42,185 nucleotides of DNA, from positions 1 through 42,185 of the IMG/VR virus record IMGVR_UViG_3300043139_000001; one strand, 5' to 3'. This document shows, one piece after another, positions 41,104-42,185 of the stretch; within the stretch, counting starts at the first letter, position 1, and each line of letters opens with the position of its first letter. The notes beneath the pieces were generated by a model. It saw only the letters and a list, made by a program, of their open reading frames with translations, was not told the origin of the DNA and did no database searches. A program made the position numbers and the translations under genes. The DNA comes from a virus.

Positions 41104-41724
41104 TTGAATCGAAAAGAACTTCGCGAAGAGATCATCGCCCTCGGTGCCGAAAACATCGCCAACGACACCGGGGGGGAAGCGCGGCTCAACCGCTGGATTC
41201 AGCAGGCGATCCGCGAGCTCTGCGACCACAAACCTTGGCCGTTCCTCTTCGCCGAAAAAGAAGGCGCGGCCCCGTTGGCGATCGCCGACCTGGGGCACGT
41301 CGTCGCCGTCACCGACGTCACCAACCGCAACCCGATCGAACCGGCCTCGATCAACCAACTCCTCAACATCGACCCGACCCTCGCCGGCAGCGGGCAGGCC
41401 GCCTACTGGTACACCGAGAACGGGACGACGATCAAGGTCTACCCGCTCCCCAGCGGCGGCGGCAACTTCAAGGTGCGCTACCGCAAGGTGCCGGTGGCGC
41501 TCACCGACGAAGAAGAACCGATCATCCCCGCCGACTACCACGATCTGATCGTCACTCGAGTCAGGGTGAAGGTCTACAAGGCGACCGACAATTGGGAGGC
41601 CGCCTCCGAAGCGTGGAAGGACTTTGAAAAGGAGCGCGAGGGGATGGTTCACGCCCTGATGAAGCCCAACTACGACAAGGAGCGGCGCCTGTCGCGCACC
41701 GGCCGCGCCGAGGACTACCAGTAG
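41104..41724 (+). CDS. Head-tail adaptor/connector candidate
   Basis: TTG 41104 just after the upstream stop (TTG 41080 is an alternative). About 206 aa. Lies upstream of the hub-like gene. Assigned by position only. Confidence 0.5.
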   Translation: MNRKELREEIIALGAENIANDTGGEARLNRWIQQAIRELCDHKPWPFLFAEKEGAAPLAIADLGHVVAVTDVTNRNPIEPASINQLLNIDPTLAGSGQAAYWYTENGTTIKVYPLPSGGGNFKVRYRKVPVALTDEEEPIIPADYHDLIVTRVRVKVYKATDNWEAASEAWKDFEKEREGMVHALMKPNYDKERRLSRTGRAEDYQ

Positions 41725-42185
41725 TGCCGACCGCGCCGAAACCGATCCCCTTCACCACCTTCGGGGGGCTGATCCTCAACAAGCCGCTCGACGACGTCGG
41801 CGCCGACAACGCGATCGACATCCTCGACGTCGATTGGGACAACTCCCTGTCGACGCTGCGCTCGAGGGAGGGCGCGGCCGCGTTCTCGCCGGCCGACGCC
41901 GCTTCGAGCTACGACGTCCTCTTCGGCCACTCGCTCACCCGCCTCCTCGCCCGTCGCGGCTCGACGCTCTACCCGCTCAACGCCGAAGGCAAAGAGATCG
42001 CCGGCAAGGAAGCGGCGACCAACGAAAAGCACCTGGCCTTCGCCAAGCTCGGGACGCCCTCGGCCTCCTACACCTACATCGCCGACCAGGAAAACACCCT
42101 CAAGCGCTACGACGGCACCGACTTCGCGAGCCCGACGTGCAACGTCGGCGAAGCGAAAGGCGTGGCGATGCCGAAGGGCCGCTTC
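41724..42185 (+). CDS. N-terminal part of the tail hub/nozzle candidate that continues at 128..1189 through the circular junction
   Basis: GTG overlaps the upstream stop (TAGTG). The frame stays open to the window end and is in phase with the 104..1189 ORF. Confidence 0.7.
   Translation, partial: MPTAPKPIPFTTFGGLILNKPLDDVGADNAIDILDVDWDNSLSTLRSREGAAAFSPADAASSYDVLFGHSLTRLLARRGSTLYPLNAEGKEIAGKEAATNEKHLAFAKLGTPSASYTYIADQENTLKRYDGTDFASPTCNVGEAKGVAMPKGRF
42059..42185. repeat. Terminal exact direct repeat, copy 2 (identical to 1-127)
   Basis: Same 127 nt as the window start. Confidence 0.95.

Larger units (their letters stand above)
1..42185. mobile_element. Complete tailed dsDNA phage genome (circularly closed assembly, unique length about 42,058 bp)
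   Basis: Terminase, portal, capsid, fibre, lysis, replication and recombinase genes are all present. The window ends are identical over 127 nt and a gene spans the junction. Confidence 0.9.

Noticed and set aside
1-42185. CRISPR arrays, rRNA, transposase/IS elements and toxin-antitoxin pairs
   Set aside because: I saw no regularly spaced repeat-spacer arrays, no rRNA-like segments, and no transposase or recognisable toxin motifs on either strand.

Overview
The window is one densely coded, high-GC (about two-thirds G+C by eye) tailed dsDNA phage genome. Positions 1-127 are identical to 42059-42185, and a structural gene reads straight through that junction. The unique sequence is therefore about 42,058 bp and circularly closed or permuted in the assembly. 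About 65 protein genes are supportable, and many are coupled by ATGA/GTGA/TAGTG start-stop overlaps.

Modules:
- 28216-39626 (rightward): a 504-aa leader gene, micro-ORFs, an RHH-like protein, small and large terminase, portal, scaffold and major capsid.
- 40151 through the junction to 14054: adaptor-like and hub-like proteins, three LamG-type fibre modules, four consecutive Arg/Gly-rich internal-protein candidates (one of 1540 aa), a lysis cassette with an Amidase_2 endolysin, and RusA.
- 14230-17156: an accessory island with a self-contained moron, a leftward four-gene cluster and a 200-aa catalytic-domain-only tyrosine recombinase.
- 18132-24760: replication and recombination genes (wHTH initiator, DnaB, Cas4-like nuclease, Sak4-like ATPase, DUF669-like protein).
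- 25241-27650: a leftward operon of six acidic ORFans.

I could not recognise a tail tube, sheath, tape measure, DNA polymerase, canonical tRNA, CRISPR array or reverse transcriptase. Podovirus-like morphology is only a guess, and the host is unknown; the signals look Actinobacteria-like (TANNNT -10 boxes, GTG/TTG starts).

Most unusual observations:
1. Two paralogous tRNA-like (T-arm plus acceptor-like) structured elements sit inside the leftward operon. A third T-arm copy lies in a 480-nt ORF-free region.
2. A 19-bp imperfect inverted-repeat pair brackets 1.25 kb next to the minimal recombinase.
3. The palindrome GTGTACAC occurs only in intergenic control regions.
4. A GRGRV / RGEVxGPPAP peptide motif recurs across the internal-protein genes.

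All functional readings are from motif recognition and synteny by eye. No searches were run.
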